This document shows positions 8,511-17,909 of a stretch of DNA of 64,000 nucleotides, one piece after another. Numbering within the stretch: position 1 is the stretch's first letter; the number at the start of each line of letters is the position of its first letter. Position numbers and translations under genes: made by a program. This DNA comes from a virus: positions 40,075 through 104,074 of the IMG/VR virus record IMGVR_UViG_3300045119_000180; one strand, 5' to 3'. Below the pieces are notes generated by a model. It was not told the DNA's origin and searched no databases. It worked only from the letters and a program-made list of their open reading frames with translations.

Positions 8511-9697
8511 AAAGATTGGTCTTCGTCGATTTTGAAACCCGATCGTTACGGGAATTGCGCGGTCAAACCAGCGTAGGTCTTTCAAACTACACGATGGATG
8601 CCTCAACGGAGGCTATAATTTTAGCGTGGGCACTTGATAACGAAGAGCCAAACGTATATTTTCCGCTGTGGCAAGTTATGCCGGAGGAGCTTAAAAAGGC
8701 TTTGGAAGATTCGTCTGTAGACATCGTAGCTTATAATAGCGCCTTTGAAAGAAATGTATTCCTTTATGTATTGGGAATTGATCTGCCAGTAAGTCGCTTT
8801 CAAGATCCCCAACCATCTGCTAGATATCTTAGTCTTCCTGGAAGCTTGGAAGATGTAGGGGGCATTTTAAAGCTACCCGATGAACTTAAAAAGGACAAAG
8901 AAGGTAAACGTCTTTTAGACGTGTTCACAAAACCGACGAAAAAGAAAGGTAAAGAGAGTTATTTCCGCGATTGGGATTCGGATCCCGAAGATTGGCAACG
9001 TTTTGTTGAATACGCAAAGCAGGATATCAGAGCGGAAAGAGAGATCTTGAAGCGCTTGGAAGCCCTCGGCACTTATCCATTACTGCCTAGGGAAAGAGAC
9101 ATCTGGGAGCTTGACCAGAAGATCAATGGCCGTGGTATTCCCGTCGATCGGCCGTTTGTTACGAGTATGTTCAATCTTGGTGAGCGGGCCAAGAAGGACG
9201 CTATTGGCGAACTGAAGCGACTTACTGGTTTGGAGAACGCTAATTCGAATAGCCAGATGCTTCAATGGGCGAAGAAGGAAGGATATAGCAAACAGAGTCT
9301 TCGTAAAGAGACGGTCCTGGCCGAATTGAAGTTCAATACTGAATTGACGCCTCTGTGCCGACAGGTATTAGAGTTACGGAAAGCTGCGTCTTCTACTTCA
9401 TACAAGAAAATGGCAGCTCTTCTCCGCTTGTCCAGTTCGGACCAGCGGTTGCGCAATCAATTCCTTTATCTAGGCAGTCCGCGGTGTGGCCGGTGGAGTG
9501 GCAACGGCTTTCAGTTTCATAATATGGCCCGACCGACACAGGATTTTGAGGACCTTGAAACGGTAGATGAAGCCCGAAGATTGGTTAGTGCCGAAGACTA
9601 TCAAGGTGTCATTGCGAAGTTCGGAAAGCACCCGAAGGACTACGGCGCTGTATTAGGGGTCGTTAAGAGCTGTATAAGGACTGCATTTTGTTCATAG
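8507..9697 (+). CDS. Family A DNA polymerase, N-terminal part (3'-5' exonuclease, thumb)
   Basis: VDFETRS, AYNSAFER, YAKQDI, GRWSG..FQFHNMAR, IRTAF; stops just before motif A. Confidence 0.85.
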   Translation: MKRLVFVDFETRSLRELRGQTSVGLSNYTMDASTEAIILAWALDNEEPNVYFPLWQVMPEELKKALEDSSVDIVAYNSAFERNVFLYVLGIDLPVSRFQDPQPSARYLSLPGSLEDVGGILKLPDELKKDKEGKRLLDVFTKPTKKKGKESYFRDWDSDPEDWQRFVEYAKQDIRAEREILKRLEALGTYPLLPRERDIWELDQKINGRGIPVDRPFVTSMFNLGERAKKDAIGELKRLTGLENANSNSQMLQWAKKEGYSKQSLRKETVLAELKFNTELTPLCRQVLELRKAASSTSYKKMAALLRLSSSDQRLRNQFLYLGSPRCGRWSGNGFQFHNMARPTQDFEDLETVDEARRLVSAEDYQGVIAKFGKHPKDYGAVLGVVKSCIRTAFCS

Positions 9698-10629
9698 CCG
9701 CAGACTTGAACGCCATAGAGACTCGGGTAGCTGCTTGGTTGAGCGGCTGTCAGTCGCTATTACAAGTGTTTTACGATAATCAAGACCCGTATATATCGTT
9801 TGCAAATCGTATGACGGGTATTATGTACGACAAGTTGGCCAAAGATCTTAAAAGCGACAATCCGGCCGTAAAAGCCGCGGCTAAAGGTCATCGCCAAGTC
9901 GCTAAACCAGGCGTTTTAGGCTGCGTTTACCGTCTAGGTCCGGGCCAGATAAGCACCAATAAGCACGGCGATCAGGTCAAAACAGGCTTGTGGGGCTATT
10001 CAGAGGCTATGGGCGTTTCAATGACGCAGGATAAGGCCCAGGAGGTAGTTCAGGTCTTCCGCCAGTCATATCCGGAGATTTGCGAGATGTGGTATAGCCT
10101 TGAGGAAGCCGTTTCAGACGTTCTGAAGGGCCAACGGACAAAACGCGAATTAGGGCCTGATGGCTGCATCAAGATCGATAAGATACCGAATGGTGATACC
10201 GAGATCCTACGTATCCAGTTGCCCAGTGGGCGCCGATTGCACTATCTAGAGGCTCAGATCAAGCCTACCAAGATGCCTTGGACCAAACTGAACGACCAGG
10301 GCGAAGAGGAAGAAGTTTATAAGCCTACGTTGAATTACGCCTCAGTTGACCAGGAAACGAAGCAATGGGGTTATACTACCAGTCATGGTGGTAAGATATT
10401 TGAGAACATTGTTCAAGGTACGGCTCGAGACGTCCTGGCAGAGCAAATGCTAAGATTCGAAGAGTGGCATTTGAATATCGTTGCTCACGTTCATGACGAA
10501 ATCATCGTAGAGTGCGATACGGACGAACTGAAGTTGGCTGAAGAGATAATGTCACGGAGTATTGATTGGGCTCCTGGTTTGCCGTTGGCCGCTGAAGGAT
10601 GGCGAGGAAATTACTACAGAAAGGGTTGA
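9688..10629 (+). CDS. Family A DNA polymerase, C-terminal catalytic part
   Basis: ADLNAIETR (motif A), RQVAKPGVLGCVY (motif B), ENIVQGTARD, HVHDE (motif C), Y.K terminus; AAGGA SD 7 nt before TTG. Confidence 0.85.
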   Translation: MFIAADLNAIETRVAAWLSGCQSLLQVFYDNQDPYISFANRMTGIMYDKLAKDLKSDNPAVKAAAKGHRQVAKPGVLGCVYRLGPGQISTNKHGDQVKTGLWGYSEAMGVSMTQDKAQEVVQVFRQSYPEICEMWYSLEEAVSDVLKGQRTKRELGPDGCIKIDKIPNGDTEILRIQLPSGRRLHYLEAQIKPTKMPWTKLNDQGEEEEVYKPTLNYASVDQETKQWGYTTSHGGKIFENIVQGTARDVLAEQMLRFEEWHLNIVAHVHDEIIVECDTDELKLAEEIMSRSIDWAPGLPLAAEGWRGNYYRKG

Positions 10630-10654
10630 CAATTAGTTTACTTTAAGGTAGGCT
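10626..10654 (+). promoter_or_regulatory. Sigma70-like promoter, probably leaderless
   Basis: TTGACA-N17-TAGGCT, 6 nt, then ATG 10661; no SD. Confidence 0.5.
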
Positions 10655-10660
10655 TTTAAA

Positions 10661-10843
10661 ATGAAGAAGAAATTCGCTAAATATCTTATTCCAAAGCGCG
10701 CTAAAATACTATTAAGCGCCAATCGGCTAATTGATTCGTTTAATGAAAAAGAGCAAACATGGGAGACAGACGATACAGACGGTCATCCGCACGAGTTTAC
10801 GGCTATTTATAAACTCGTTCGTGTCAAGAAGGTCAAAAAGTGA
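10661..10843 (+). CDS. Hypothetical protein
   Basis: 60-aa ORF after the promoter, GTGA overlap with the next gene. Confidence 0.55.
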   Translation: MKKKFAKYLIPKRAKILLSANRLIDSFNEKEQTWETDDTDGHPHEFTAIYKLVRVKKVKK

Positions 10844-11904
10844 AAGCAAAATTCATACCATTAGGCGATTTAAGCAATCTTTCAGAAGAGCAGAAGCTTG
10901 ACTATTATAATAACGTCTGTGAACACTTTGAAGTGCCGGCAGAACTGAATTTATTGTATTTCGATTGGTTCGATTCGGGCGACGGAGCCAGAAAGTACAT
11001 CCTTTACGCCGCGAAGGGCTTTTCGGACTTTATGCGCGGCAAACTGGGCATTGAAACGGACAGTTTGGAAGAGTCGGTTTCAGATGGCGTAGTACGGTAT
11101 AAGTGTAAGGGCCACGATAAAGATGGCCGTCACGAAATTGCTATCGGCGCAAGTACGATCGCAGGACTTACAGGTAAGAAGCTCGAGGATTCTTTCGCGA
11201 AAGCACAGACGAAAGCAACCAGGCGTATGACGCTGCAATTTGTAGGCGCCGGCATTCTAGACGAATCTGAAAAGTCAGTTACAAGCCTTTCTGTTGACAT
11301 TTCTTCCGCAGGTCTTCCTCTGGCCCAACTGCCCACAGTAGAGATCAACGCTGCTAAGGGTAAGTTGGTTGAGATGGCTAATGAGGCTACTAATCGGGCG
11401 GTTGATATGCTTCATGATCAGCATCCTCTGGCTTTTGAAGCCGTAAAGGTTTCTGGCGAACTGGTTGCTGCGGTTAACGGTTTGGAAACGGAGCTGCGTC
11501 GACGTCCAGGACCAAAGCAGTCTGACAATTTGGTAGTTGACACCAATTTGGGTACAGTTGACACCAATTTGGGTACAGTTGACACCAATTTGGGTACACC
11601 TGCCGAATTGACTTTTAAGCAATGGCTAAGTCGCCTTACGAATGAAATCCTGCCACCTCCTCCAAGCGGCCAATCCGGGACGTTTACGACTTATGGCGGT
11701 ATGAAGCCGTCGTTAGGCGTTGGCGGCGTATCAATGAAAGTCGTTTCGTACGCCAGGAAGGTCTTTCCGGGCAAGGAAATAAAAGAGTTTACTCTAGACG
11801 ATCAAAACGCGTTCAAAAAAGGCTTCGATAATGTATTAAAAGAGCAAGGTGCGGTCGGTTTGGTTAAACATATAAACGATTCGTTAGGTGTAAAGGAGGG
11901 CTGA
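10840..11904 (+). CDS. Putative single-strand annealing recombinase (RecT/Rad52-like superfamily)
   Basis: LSEEQK..YY..VC, LYA, AKAQTKATRR.TL...G.GILDESE pattern; near a PD-(D/E)XK nuclease gene. Confidence 0.55.
   Translation: MKAKFIPLGDLSNLSEEQKLDYYNNVCEHFEVPAELNLLYFDWFDSGDGARKYILYAAKGFSDFMRGKLGIETDSLEESVSDGVVRYKCKGHDKDGRHEIAIGASTIAGLTGKKLEDSFAKAQTKATRRMTLQFVGAGILDESEKSVTSLSVDISSAGLPLAQLPTVEINAAKGKLVEMANEATNRAVDMLHDQHPLAFEAVKVSGELVAAVNGLETELRRRPGPKQSDNLVVDTNLGTVDTNLGTVDTNLGTPAELTFKQWLSRLTNEILPPPPSGQSGTFTTYGGMKPSLGVGGVSMKVVSYARKVFPGKEIKEFTLDDQNAFKKGFDNVLKEQGAVGLVKHINDSLGVKEG
11536..11598 (+). repeat. Perfect 3 x 21-bp in-frame tandem repeat
   Basis: GTTGACACCAATTTGGGTACA x3, encoding VDTNLGT x3. 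Confidence 0.95.
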
Positions 11905-12086
11905 TGGATAGCGGCTTGATTCGTTGTAGTAATTGCGAAGAAGATCTTCCAGAAAGCGATTTTAGCGACTTTCAGCTAGGAAAGGCGGATAGCATTTGTG
12001 ACGTCTGCCTAGACGAAATGGACGAAATAGACGAAGATCTAGAAGATGAAGCTGCGGAGGAATCGGAAGACGATTTTACCGACTGA
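11904..12086 (+). CDS. Small Zn-finger protein with acidic tail
   Basis: CSNC...CDVC then D/E-rich tail; GGAGG SD; TGATG coupling on both sides. Confidence 0.65.
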   Translation: MDSGLIRCSNCEEDLPESDFSDFQLGKADSICDVCLDEMDEIDEDLEDEAAEESEDDFTD

Positions 12087-13282
12087 TGCCGCCCCTTTAT
12101 GTCAGGCCAGACGGAACTGGCTGCTACGAACATTCTTACAGTGCGGGTATCGACTATGACAAGTCACCTTTAGGATACTACAAGCGCCGTATTGAAGGCT
12201 GGCGTGAAGCCGATAACCGTGCGGCATTTCGATTTGGCCGCGCTATCGAAGATTCTATTGAGTTCTACCACAACAACGGCCGCGATCTTGTCAGTCACTT
12301 CGTAGCCATTTGGAACCTTCATAAAGACATCGAATTGAAATATACGAAGCTTGAGAAGGATTGGGCTAACCTATTGCGTTGCGGCGTTGAAATGCTGCAA
12401 CTTTACATCATTAGGCAGCCGAGCTTGCCTATTCCTATGGGTGCCAAGTCTGCTTTCCAGCGGAAGTACGAAATTGAGATGTATCCGAATGACCCCTGGT
12501 ACGGAGAGATTCTTCACGTTGGAAAGGTCGATGTTGTGGCCTATACGGAGCCAGATCACCCGCTTCTGCCGGCTATCGATTGGACAGGAAAAGGTAATAT
12601 CAGGGAATCGATCGGCGACATCAAAACGACTGCATCAGTCTGGGCAGGCAACGGGTTAGTGCGGTTTCACCCGCAAATGCGTAATTACGCCTTTCTAACG
12701 AAGATTTATACCGTTTGGATGTTGTGGTTCGTCAAGAAATGTCATAAAGTCGGAAAAGGTAATATTGTTACATTATTGGCTAATCACGGAAATGTACCAG
12801 CTGGTGAAGAATTAATCGTAGCGAGTTTAATTAAAGATTCGGAAGAAGTTTATTTAGTGCCAGACAAAAGTTGGATTGAAACAATGGAAAAGGAACAGGG
12901 CCGTAAGGAAGACGGTTCATTAGATACTAAAAAAGAAGCAAATGAACGAAAAGAACAATGGTTGGTAAAATACGCTATAAAAGTACCTTTATCGGCGGTG
13001 ACCAAGCAGCGTTTAATCTTCGATTCAGGCATTATAACGCCAGAATCTGCGATGGAAGCCGGCGAAATTGCTGGCCGACAGATTCAGCAAATTGTCAATA
13101 GCTGGAAGACAAATAAATGGCCTTCAACCTACCAGGTCAGTTATCCCCGCGATGACTCGAAGGATCCGTATTTCCGAGCGTTCATTCTTAATGACACCGA
13201 ATTCAGAGACGCAAATTTTACACGAACATTCGAAGAAGCTTTCGATGATCTAGAGCCGGAGCCGGAAGGAGTTGAAGACTAA
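12086..13282 (+). CDS. PD-(D/E)XK (RecB/Cas4-like) exonuclease
   Basis: HSYS, FGRAI, GKVDVV...DIKTT...QMRNY motifs. Confidence 0.7.
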   Translation: MPPLYVRPDGTGCYEHSYSAGIDYDKSPLGYYKRRIEGWREADNRAAFRFGRAIEDSIEFYHNNGRDLVSHFVAIWNLHKDIELKYTKLEKDWANLLRCGVEMLQLYIIRQPSLPIPMGAKSAFQRKYEIEMYPNDPWYGEILHVGKVDVVAYTEPDHPLLPAIDWTGKGNIRESIGDIKTTASVWAGNGLVRFHPQMRNYAFLTKIYTVWMLWFVKKCHKVGKGNIVTLLANHGNVPAGEELIVASLIKDSEEVYLVPDKSWIETMEKEQGRKEDGSLDTKKEANERKEQWLVKYAIKVPLSAVTKQRLIFDSGIITPESAMEAGEIAGRQIQQIVNSWKTNKWPSTYQVSYPRDDSKDPYFRAFILNDTEFRDANFTRTFEEAFDDLEPEPEGVED

Positions 13283-13405
13283 TGGATCAACAAGAATATC
13301 TTTTATACCAACGTTTCAAGGAAATAGACGACCGTTTAGACAAAATTGAAGAGGCTCTAAGTAAATTGCTTTTTGGGCGCGGAATAGAATCCGAAGAAGA
13401 AAGAG

Positions 13406-13612
13406 ATGATTAAATGTCAAGTCAAGGATTGCCAAAGCGAAATTAATCCTGCAGAGCCACTATCAGTTGGGTGTCGATATATTTGTAGTAAGCATACAAG
13501 ATCGGAGCAGTGGAAGGCGTTAGACAGGACAGCAAACGATAGAAAAGACGCAGAAGACTCAGACGTTCATTTCCAAGATTGCCAATTCGACAAAGACCTT
13601 AAACGTGGTTGA
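13406..13612 (+). CDS. Hypothetical Cys/His protein
   Basis: 68-aa ORF, C-x4-C...C-xx-H. Confidence 0.5.
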   Translation: MIKCQVKDCQSEINPAEPLSVGCRYICSKHTRSEQWKALDRTANDRKDAEDSDVHFQDCQFDKDLKRG

Positions 13613-13844
13613 CGGCCAGTGGATACAGATCATATCCAACGCCAAGGCAGCGAAATCGACGATCAGCAGGAGAAGATTGACCTGAATGAGGAGCATCTGG
13701 AGGGTATAAATTGAAGTACAAAAGACCTCAAAGCACAAGAGAAGAGTTGCTTCGTACGATCCGTAAGCTATTTGATGAAAATATGCGCCTTAGAAAGAAA
13801 GTGAAGGTAACAGAAGAGTTTTTGCACGCTTATTTAGGTGAGAA

Positions 13845-14243
13845 GTGAAGAATTGCCGCAGCCGTGATACCCAAGGCGAACTCCGTAACAGCTTTGACAG
13901 CAATTCGCCGTTTATGACCGGCCATTCGATTATGGTCGTGCGACGACATAAGCGCCGTATTCCAGAATGGGCTAAAGACGACAAACAACTACGACAATTA
14001 ATTTCGAGATCTTTTCCTTACCGTAAAAGTAATCCGGACCAAAATCTCAGAGCTGGCCGTTGGGCTCGATTCATTTATCTTTATTTCAGGATGACTAAAA
14101 CTAGAAGCGAGATAGTAGGCGAAATGTCATTGACGTACCACGCTGTTGATAGTCTTTGCCGGGCGATCTACCGTGCGGCCGCCGGGCTTAAGGCTAACGG
14201 CAATGGTAAGGCTGGCGGACGCCCAGGACGCCCTAAGAAATAG
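13845..14243 (+). CDS. Hypothetical basic protein, possible HTH DNA-binding domain
   Basis: IYLYFRMTKTRSEIVGEMSLTYHAVDSL resembles a sigma region-4/HTH; AT-hook-like GRPGRPKK end. Confidence 0.5.
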   Translation: MKNCRSRDTQGELRNSFDSNSPFMTGHSIMVVRRHKRRIPEWAKDDKQLRQLISRSFPYRKSNPDQNLRAGRWARFIYLYFRMTKTRSEIVGEMSLTYHAVDSLCRAIYRAAAGLKANGNGKAGGRPGRPKK

Positions 14244-14276
14244 TGCCTGCATCCAGCCGTCTAATAGAGGCTAAAT
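14241..14276 (+). promoter_or_regulatory. 36-bp conserved motif, copy 2
   Basis: TAGTGCCTGCATCCAGCCGTCTAATAGAGGCTAAAT; 33/36 identical to 1760-1795. Confidence 0.7.
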
Positions 14277-14308
14277 CATGGCCATGTTAATTATCATGGC
14301 CTTGTTAA
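14275..14308. repeat. 16-bp direct repeat pair (putative operator)
   Basis: ATCATGGCCATGTTAA (14275-14290) and ATCATGGCCTTGTTAA (14293-14308). Confidence 0.75.
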
Positions 14309-14315
14309 AGGAAAG

Positions 14316-14816
14316 ATGAAGACGCTCGTTTTTTCGGTATTGATTCATAGTTGTCAATTAGATTTTTCAGAAAGGCTGAGACAGTATCTTATTCCTGGCG
14401 AGCGGTATATCTTCGTAGGCAACGGATACCGTATTCTGCCGAAGCGGTGTCGGTGCAAGAAGCAGGTTACCAAAGCGAAGGCAGAGCAGATGGTGGCCGA
14501 CGGCATCGCGGAGCCGGTCTGGAAGACCCGCTGTAGAAGGGTGCAGATTGACTTTACCAGAATTTGGATGGCTCAGCAGGTGCAGGTACCGCGGGTAGAC
14601 TTAATTAGTCAGGCCGATATTGAGAGATTTGTTGAAGGCAACGAAACATCGATCGCTTATGTCGAGGCAGTGCACGAATTATATTTAGAAAATAGACAGA
14701 AGCTAATTCGATATGTTAAAGCTGAAGAATATGATAGACAAGAAAAGCTTGACTATGGTGTGCCAGTAGTCTACAGTTACGGAGACGGTCGGACCCCTGG
14801 TGGAATTAGTAAATAA
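14316..14816 (+). CDS. Hypothetical protein
   Basis: 166-aa ORF with AAGGA SD. Confidence 0.6.
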   Translation: MKTLVFSVLIHSCQLDFSERLRQYLIPGERYIFVGNGYRILPKRCRCKKQVTKAKAEQMVADGIAEPVWKTRCRRVQIDFTRIWMAQQVQVPRVDLISQADIERFVEGNETSIAYVEAVHELYLENRQKLIRYVKAEEYDRQEKLDYGVPVVYSYGDGRTPGGISK

Positions 14817-14825
14817 CTATTCTGC

Positions 14826-14899
14826 TGGCCTCTAGCATAACCGGTAATTGCGTCGTCCTGTTAAGACGAAGGATCTCTGTTCGAATCAGAGGGGGCCAG
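14826..14899 (+). tRNA. tRNA-Asn(GTT), CCA not encoded
   Basis: Acceptor TGGCCTC/GGGGCCA, D arm with GG, anticodon arm TCGTC-CTGTTAA-GACGA, T arm CTCTG-TTCGAAT-CAGAG, discriminator G. Confidence 0.9.
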
Positions 14900-14909
14900 C
14901 TGAGGAGTT

Positions 14910-15164
14910 ATGAAAATAGGCGGTTATTTCGAATATGTTTCGTTGACTGAATTAGGTCATCAAGCCGCTATTGATGCTTCTGTTGCACCAAGAATTAAAA
15001 AGTCTTGGGTACCTAATTGGTTGTATAAACAAAGATTTCGTTCTGATTGGTTGTACGATCTATTGACTGAGCCGGATCCTTTCTACATTTCCGCTGCGCA
15101 GTTAAAAGTCGCCGGCGATAAGTTCTATAGTGATTTAAGGAAGATTATTGAGGAGGATAAGTGA
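14910..15164 (+). CDS. Hypothetical protein
   Basis: GAGGAG SD, 84 aa. Confidence 0.55.
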   Translation: MKIGGYFEYVSLTELGHQAAIDASVAPRIKKSWVPNWLYKQRFRSDWLYDLLTEPDPFYISAAQLKVAGDKFYSDLRKIIEEDK

Positions 15165-15493
15165 AGTACTTAATTATCGCAATGCTGTTTTTGGCGCCGT
15201 TGGCTAAAGCTCAAGACGCCAAAGTAATCGTAGTCGATCCGCAAGATGCTAAAAAGGCTGCCAGTATTTATGCCGAAAAACTAGCTGCGGATAAAGAGTG
15301 GAACGACTTTTTGTATCGAATGAATATCAAATATATCAAGGATAGCCACGATTGGTCTTACGGCATTCTCTTTAGCTCGGATTTCAAGGCTATCATTCCT
15401 GCAGACTACAAGCCAGATCCTTGTAGCAAATTTAAATATCCTTTTGGCGGGAGTCTCACCTTGACTGGTGTAACAAATGCCAACGCCAACTAA
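15161..15493 (+). CDS. Small secreted protein
   Basis: Signal peptide MKYLIIAMLFLAPLAKA-Q; GGAGG SD. Confidence 0.65.
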   Translation: MKYLIIAMLFLAPLAKAQDAKVIVVDPQDAKKAASIYAEKLAADKEWNDFLYRMNIKYIKDSHDWSYGILFSSDFKAIIPADYKPDPCSKFKYPFGGSLTLTGVTNANAN

Positions 15494-15591
15494 ACCGATG
15501 ATCGGTGATTACGCAGAATTAGTATTAAAAGGCGATTTCAAACTTGACGAAATACAGATCCTTAAATACTTAATTGAAAAAGAGGTAAAAA

Positions 15592-15966
15592 ATGACAGAA
15601 AAAAGCAACAAAGCATTCGGCGTAAACGAATTAAAGCCTAACACGAGCCATTTGATCCCGGGCAAGACCGGCGACGGTAGTAACGCCGACCCGCTTACGA
15701 CTGGCAAGTATTCACGGCAGGAAGTTGATGAATTGATTCAATTGGGTAAGGAGGCGAGAGGCGAATTAAAGCCGATGGTTCTTCCTGAAGAGTTTAAAAA
15801 TTGGGGTGAAGGAGACGTCAGTTCGACTCCTGTAGAAGACGATTATAAGTTCATAGATACAACTCCGTATGGCGTACAAGAGCGATTGACCAGTCTTGAG
15901 AATAAATTCGAAGAGCTTCAAAGCCGTTTGGTCAAGGCGTTTAAACACGCAGGATTTAACTTTTAA
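15592..15966 (+). CDS. Hypothetical protein with C-terminal coiled coil
   Basis: GAGG SD; TAATG-coupled to the GT gene. Confidence 0.6.
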   Translation: MTEKSNKAFGVNELKPNTSHLIPGKTGDGSNADPLTTGKYSRQEVDELIQLGKEARGELKPMVLPEEFKNWGEGDVSSTPVEDDYKFIDTTPYGVQERLTSLENKFEELQSRLVKAFKHAGFNF

Positions 15967-16751
15967 TGGATTTAAGCAAAGTCAGCATCGGGATTCGTAC
16001 TTTTTTACGCGATGAGTGCTTAAAAAATTCTATCGCAGCGATTCGCCGTACGATGCCTGACGCTAAAATGATAATTGCAGACTGCGGAGAGCATACGCAG
16101 GAAAAGTATGATCTTTATTCAGAGCTTAGCCGGGAAGGGCATTTGTGCTTTACGCTTCCATGGGATTCCGGATTTGGCTGTATGAGCAATTGTATTGCGA
16201 GCGCAGCAACTCGGCCCTATCTTTTGATTGGCAGTGATGATTTCGACTTTAATCCTCCGGAAGTAAGAAAAGGGATTGAGTCTTTCGTGGAGTGTTTGGA
16301 TAACTGGCCGACTTTAAGCGTTGTTAGCGGACGGGTCAATAATAAATTTTATGAGTATTACTTAGAAGACAAAGGCGACGAAATTAAAGAGTCGCCAGCT
16401 CTGTGGGGTATTTATGCCGCGGCAAATCAAATTATTCCCTGGCTCTATCCAATTGATCTGACGGTTAATTACTGTTTAGTTCGAAAAGAAGTATTTCAGA
16501 AAGTCCAATGGGATCCAGAGGCTAAGATAGGGCAAGGTGAACACGGTTCGTGGTTCGTGGATATCAAGCGAGCAGGTCTTAAAGTAGGTTGGATACCCGG
16601 AGTTAGCATTAGCGAACAGCCGAATCAGAACAGTGATCGATATCGTGAATTCCGTAATAGAGCTAGGAGCCCCGAAAGAAGTTGTTTTAAGAAACGCGGC
16701 ATTAAGAAGTATGTTTTAGGTTGCGGAACAGTCGACTATGAAGAGACGTAA
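15966..16751 (+). CDS. GT-A glycosyltransferase (GT2/GT12 B4GALNT-like)
   Basis: IGIRTFLR...MIIAD...DSG...YLLIGSDDFDF...VNY...EH. Confidence 0.75.
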   Translation: MDLSKVSIGIRTFLRDECLKNSIAAIRRTMPDAKMIIADCGEHTQEKYDLYSELSREGHLCFTLPWDSGFGCMSNCIASAATRPYLLIGSDDFDFNPPEVRKGIESFVECLDNWPTLSVVSGRVNNKFYEYYLEDKGDEIKESPALWGIYAAANQIIPWLYPIDLTVNYCLVRKEVFQKVQWDPEAKIGQGEHGSWFVDIKRAGLKVGWIPGVSISEQPNQNSDRYREFRNRARSPERSCFKKRGIKKYVLGCGTVDYEET

Positions 16752-17232
16752 GAAGTGTACTAAATGCGGAGAAATAAAGCACTTTTCTTGTTTTTCGCCG
16801 GACAAAAGGGATGAAAAAGGCCGTCTGCGTTGGCGAATGGGCGTTTGTACTGCTTGTAGGTCCGAAGGTTTTAAAAAGAAGTACTGGAACGACCCTGTGG
16901 CAGCAAGGAGAAATGCCAGGAAAAATAGGACCTCAAAAAAGATGAGGGACTGGAATTTAAGATTTGCTTATGGAATAACTCTATTGGAGTGGGAGGATAT
17001 TTTTACAAAGCAGGGCCGACAGTGTGCTATTTGTAAAAGAAAGAAACCAATTGGTCTAGGTTGGGCGACAGATCATAAAGGTTGGCATTGCAGAAGAGGT
17101 AAATTACGTAAAAGAATAAGAGCAATTTTATGTCAACATTGTAATACTCTTTTAGGCCAGGCAAGAGAGTCGGTAGATATTTTAAAAGCGGTAATTGCGT
17201 ACATAAGAAACAATAAATGGGCAAATTATTAA
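16738..17232 (+). CDS. EndoVII-family homing endonuclease
   Basis: CTKC..CTAC, YGITL, QGRQCAIC, TDH, RAILCQHCNTLLG. Confidence 0.8.
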   Translation: MKRRKKCTKCGEIKHFSCFSPDKRDEKGRLRWRMGVCTACRSEGFKKKYWNDPVAARRNARKNRTSKKMRDWNLRFAYGITLLEWEDIFTKQGRQCAICKRKKPIGLGWATDHKGWHCRRGKLRKRIRAILCQHCNTLLGQARESVDILKAVIAYIRNNKWANY

Positions 17233-17909
17233 TATCTATAAAATCATGCCGTCGCGACTGGATGCGCGGCGATCATGACGTCATTCGCTCGACGTGGGGC
17301 AAGGATGTTCCCGAAGGCGTTGATTTACGGTTCTTTATGGGCACGGAAAGTTATAGGCTATGTACCGACGGCGATGAAGAATGGTTGGATGTTAAAGACG
17401 ATTACGATTCACTCCCTCAAAAGGTTAAGGCTATTTTTAAATGGGCTTTAGAAAAACAATATGACTACATTTTCCTTGCGGACACGGATACGTTCGTTAT
17501 ACCAAAACGCCTTATTGCGCTTCCTTTTCAAGACTATGACTTATCTGGTCGGTTCGGGAAAATTAAGCCTATTGGCGAGACCTTTAGATATATTGACGGA
17601 CGAGATATTGTTTACGACCCCTGTTGGCCCTGGCCAAGCGGAGGGTGCGGTTATTTTGTATCGGCTAAAGGTGCCGATTATATTTTACGTACAGGATTTA
17701 CAGGCTGGGCCGAAGACATTCAGTCAGGCCAAGCACTCGGACCGCTGGAAAAACTAGGCTTGGTAAAGATAGGCGATCTAGAAGATCTCGAGTGTAAGGC
17801 ATCGTGGCATTTTCCGCGGTGGAAGTACAATCAGGAAGTTTACCATCCCCGATATGGTTGGCAAGAGAAGATGTATAAAGAGCATAATGAAAATAGCGAT
17901 AGTCATTAA
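17217..17909 (+). CDS. GT31/Fringe-like glycosyltransferase A
   Basis: IRSTW, FFMG, DDYDSLPQKV, ADTDTFV (DxD), SGGCGY, AED. Confidence 0.75.
   Translation: MGKLLISIKSCRRDWMRGDHDVIRSTWGKDVPEGVDLRFFMGTESYRLCTDGDEEWLDVKDDYDSLPQKVKAIFKWALEKQYDYIFLADTDTFVIPKRLIALPFQDYDLSGRFGKIKPIGETFRYIDGRDIVYDPCWPWPSGGCGYFVSAKGADYILRTGFTGWAEDIQSGQALGPLEKLGLVKIGDLEDLECKASWHFPRWKYNQEVYHPRYGWQEKMYKEHNENSDSH

Noticed and set aside
9670-9700. Programmed frameshift, intron or intein in the polymerase
   Set aside because: No slippery heptamer, intervening sequence or intein motifs; the second ORF has its own SD
11536-11598. CRISPR-like array
   Set aside because: Repeats are contiguous with no spacers and are in frame within a gene; the nearby PD-(D/E)XK nuclease has no cas context
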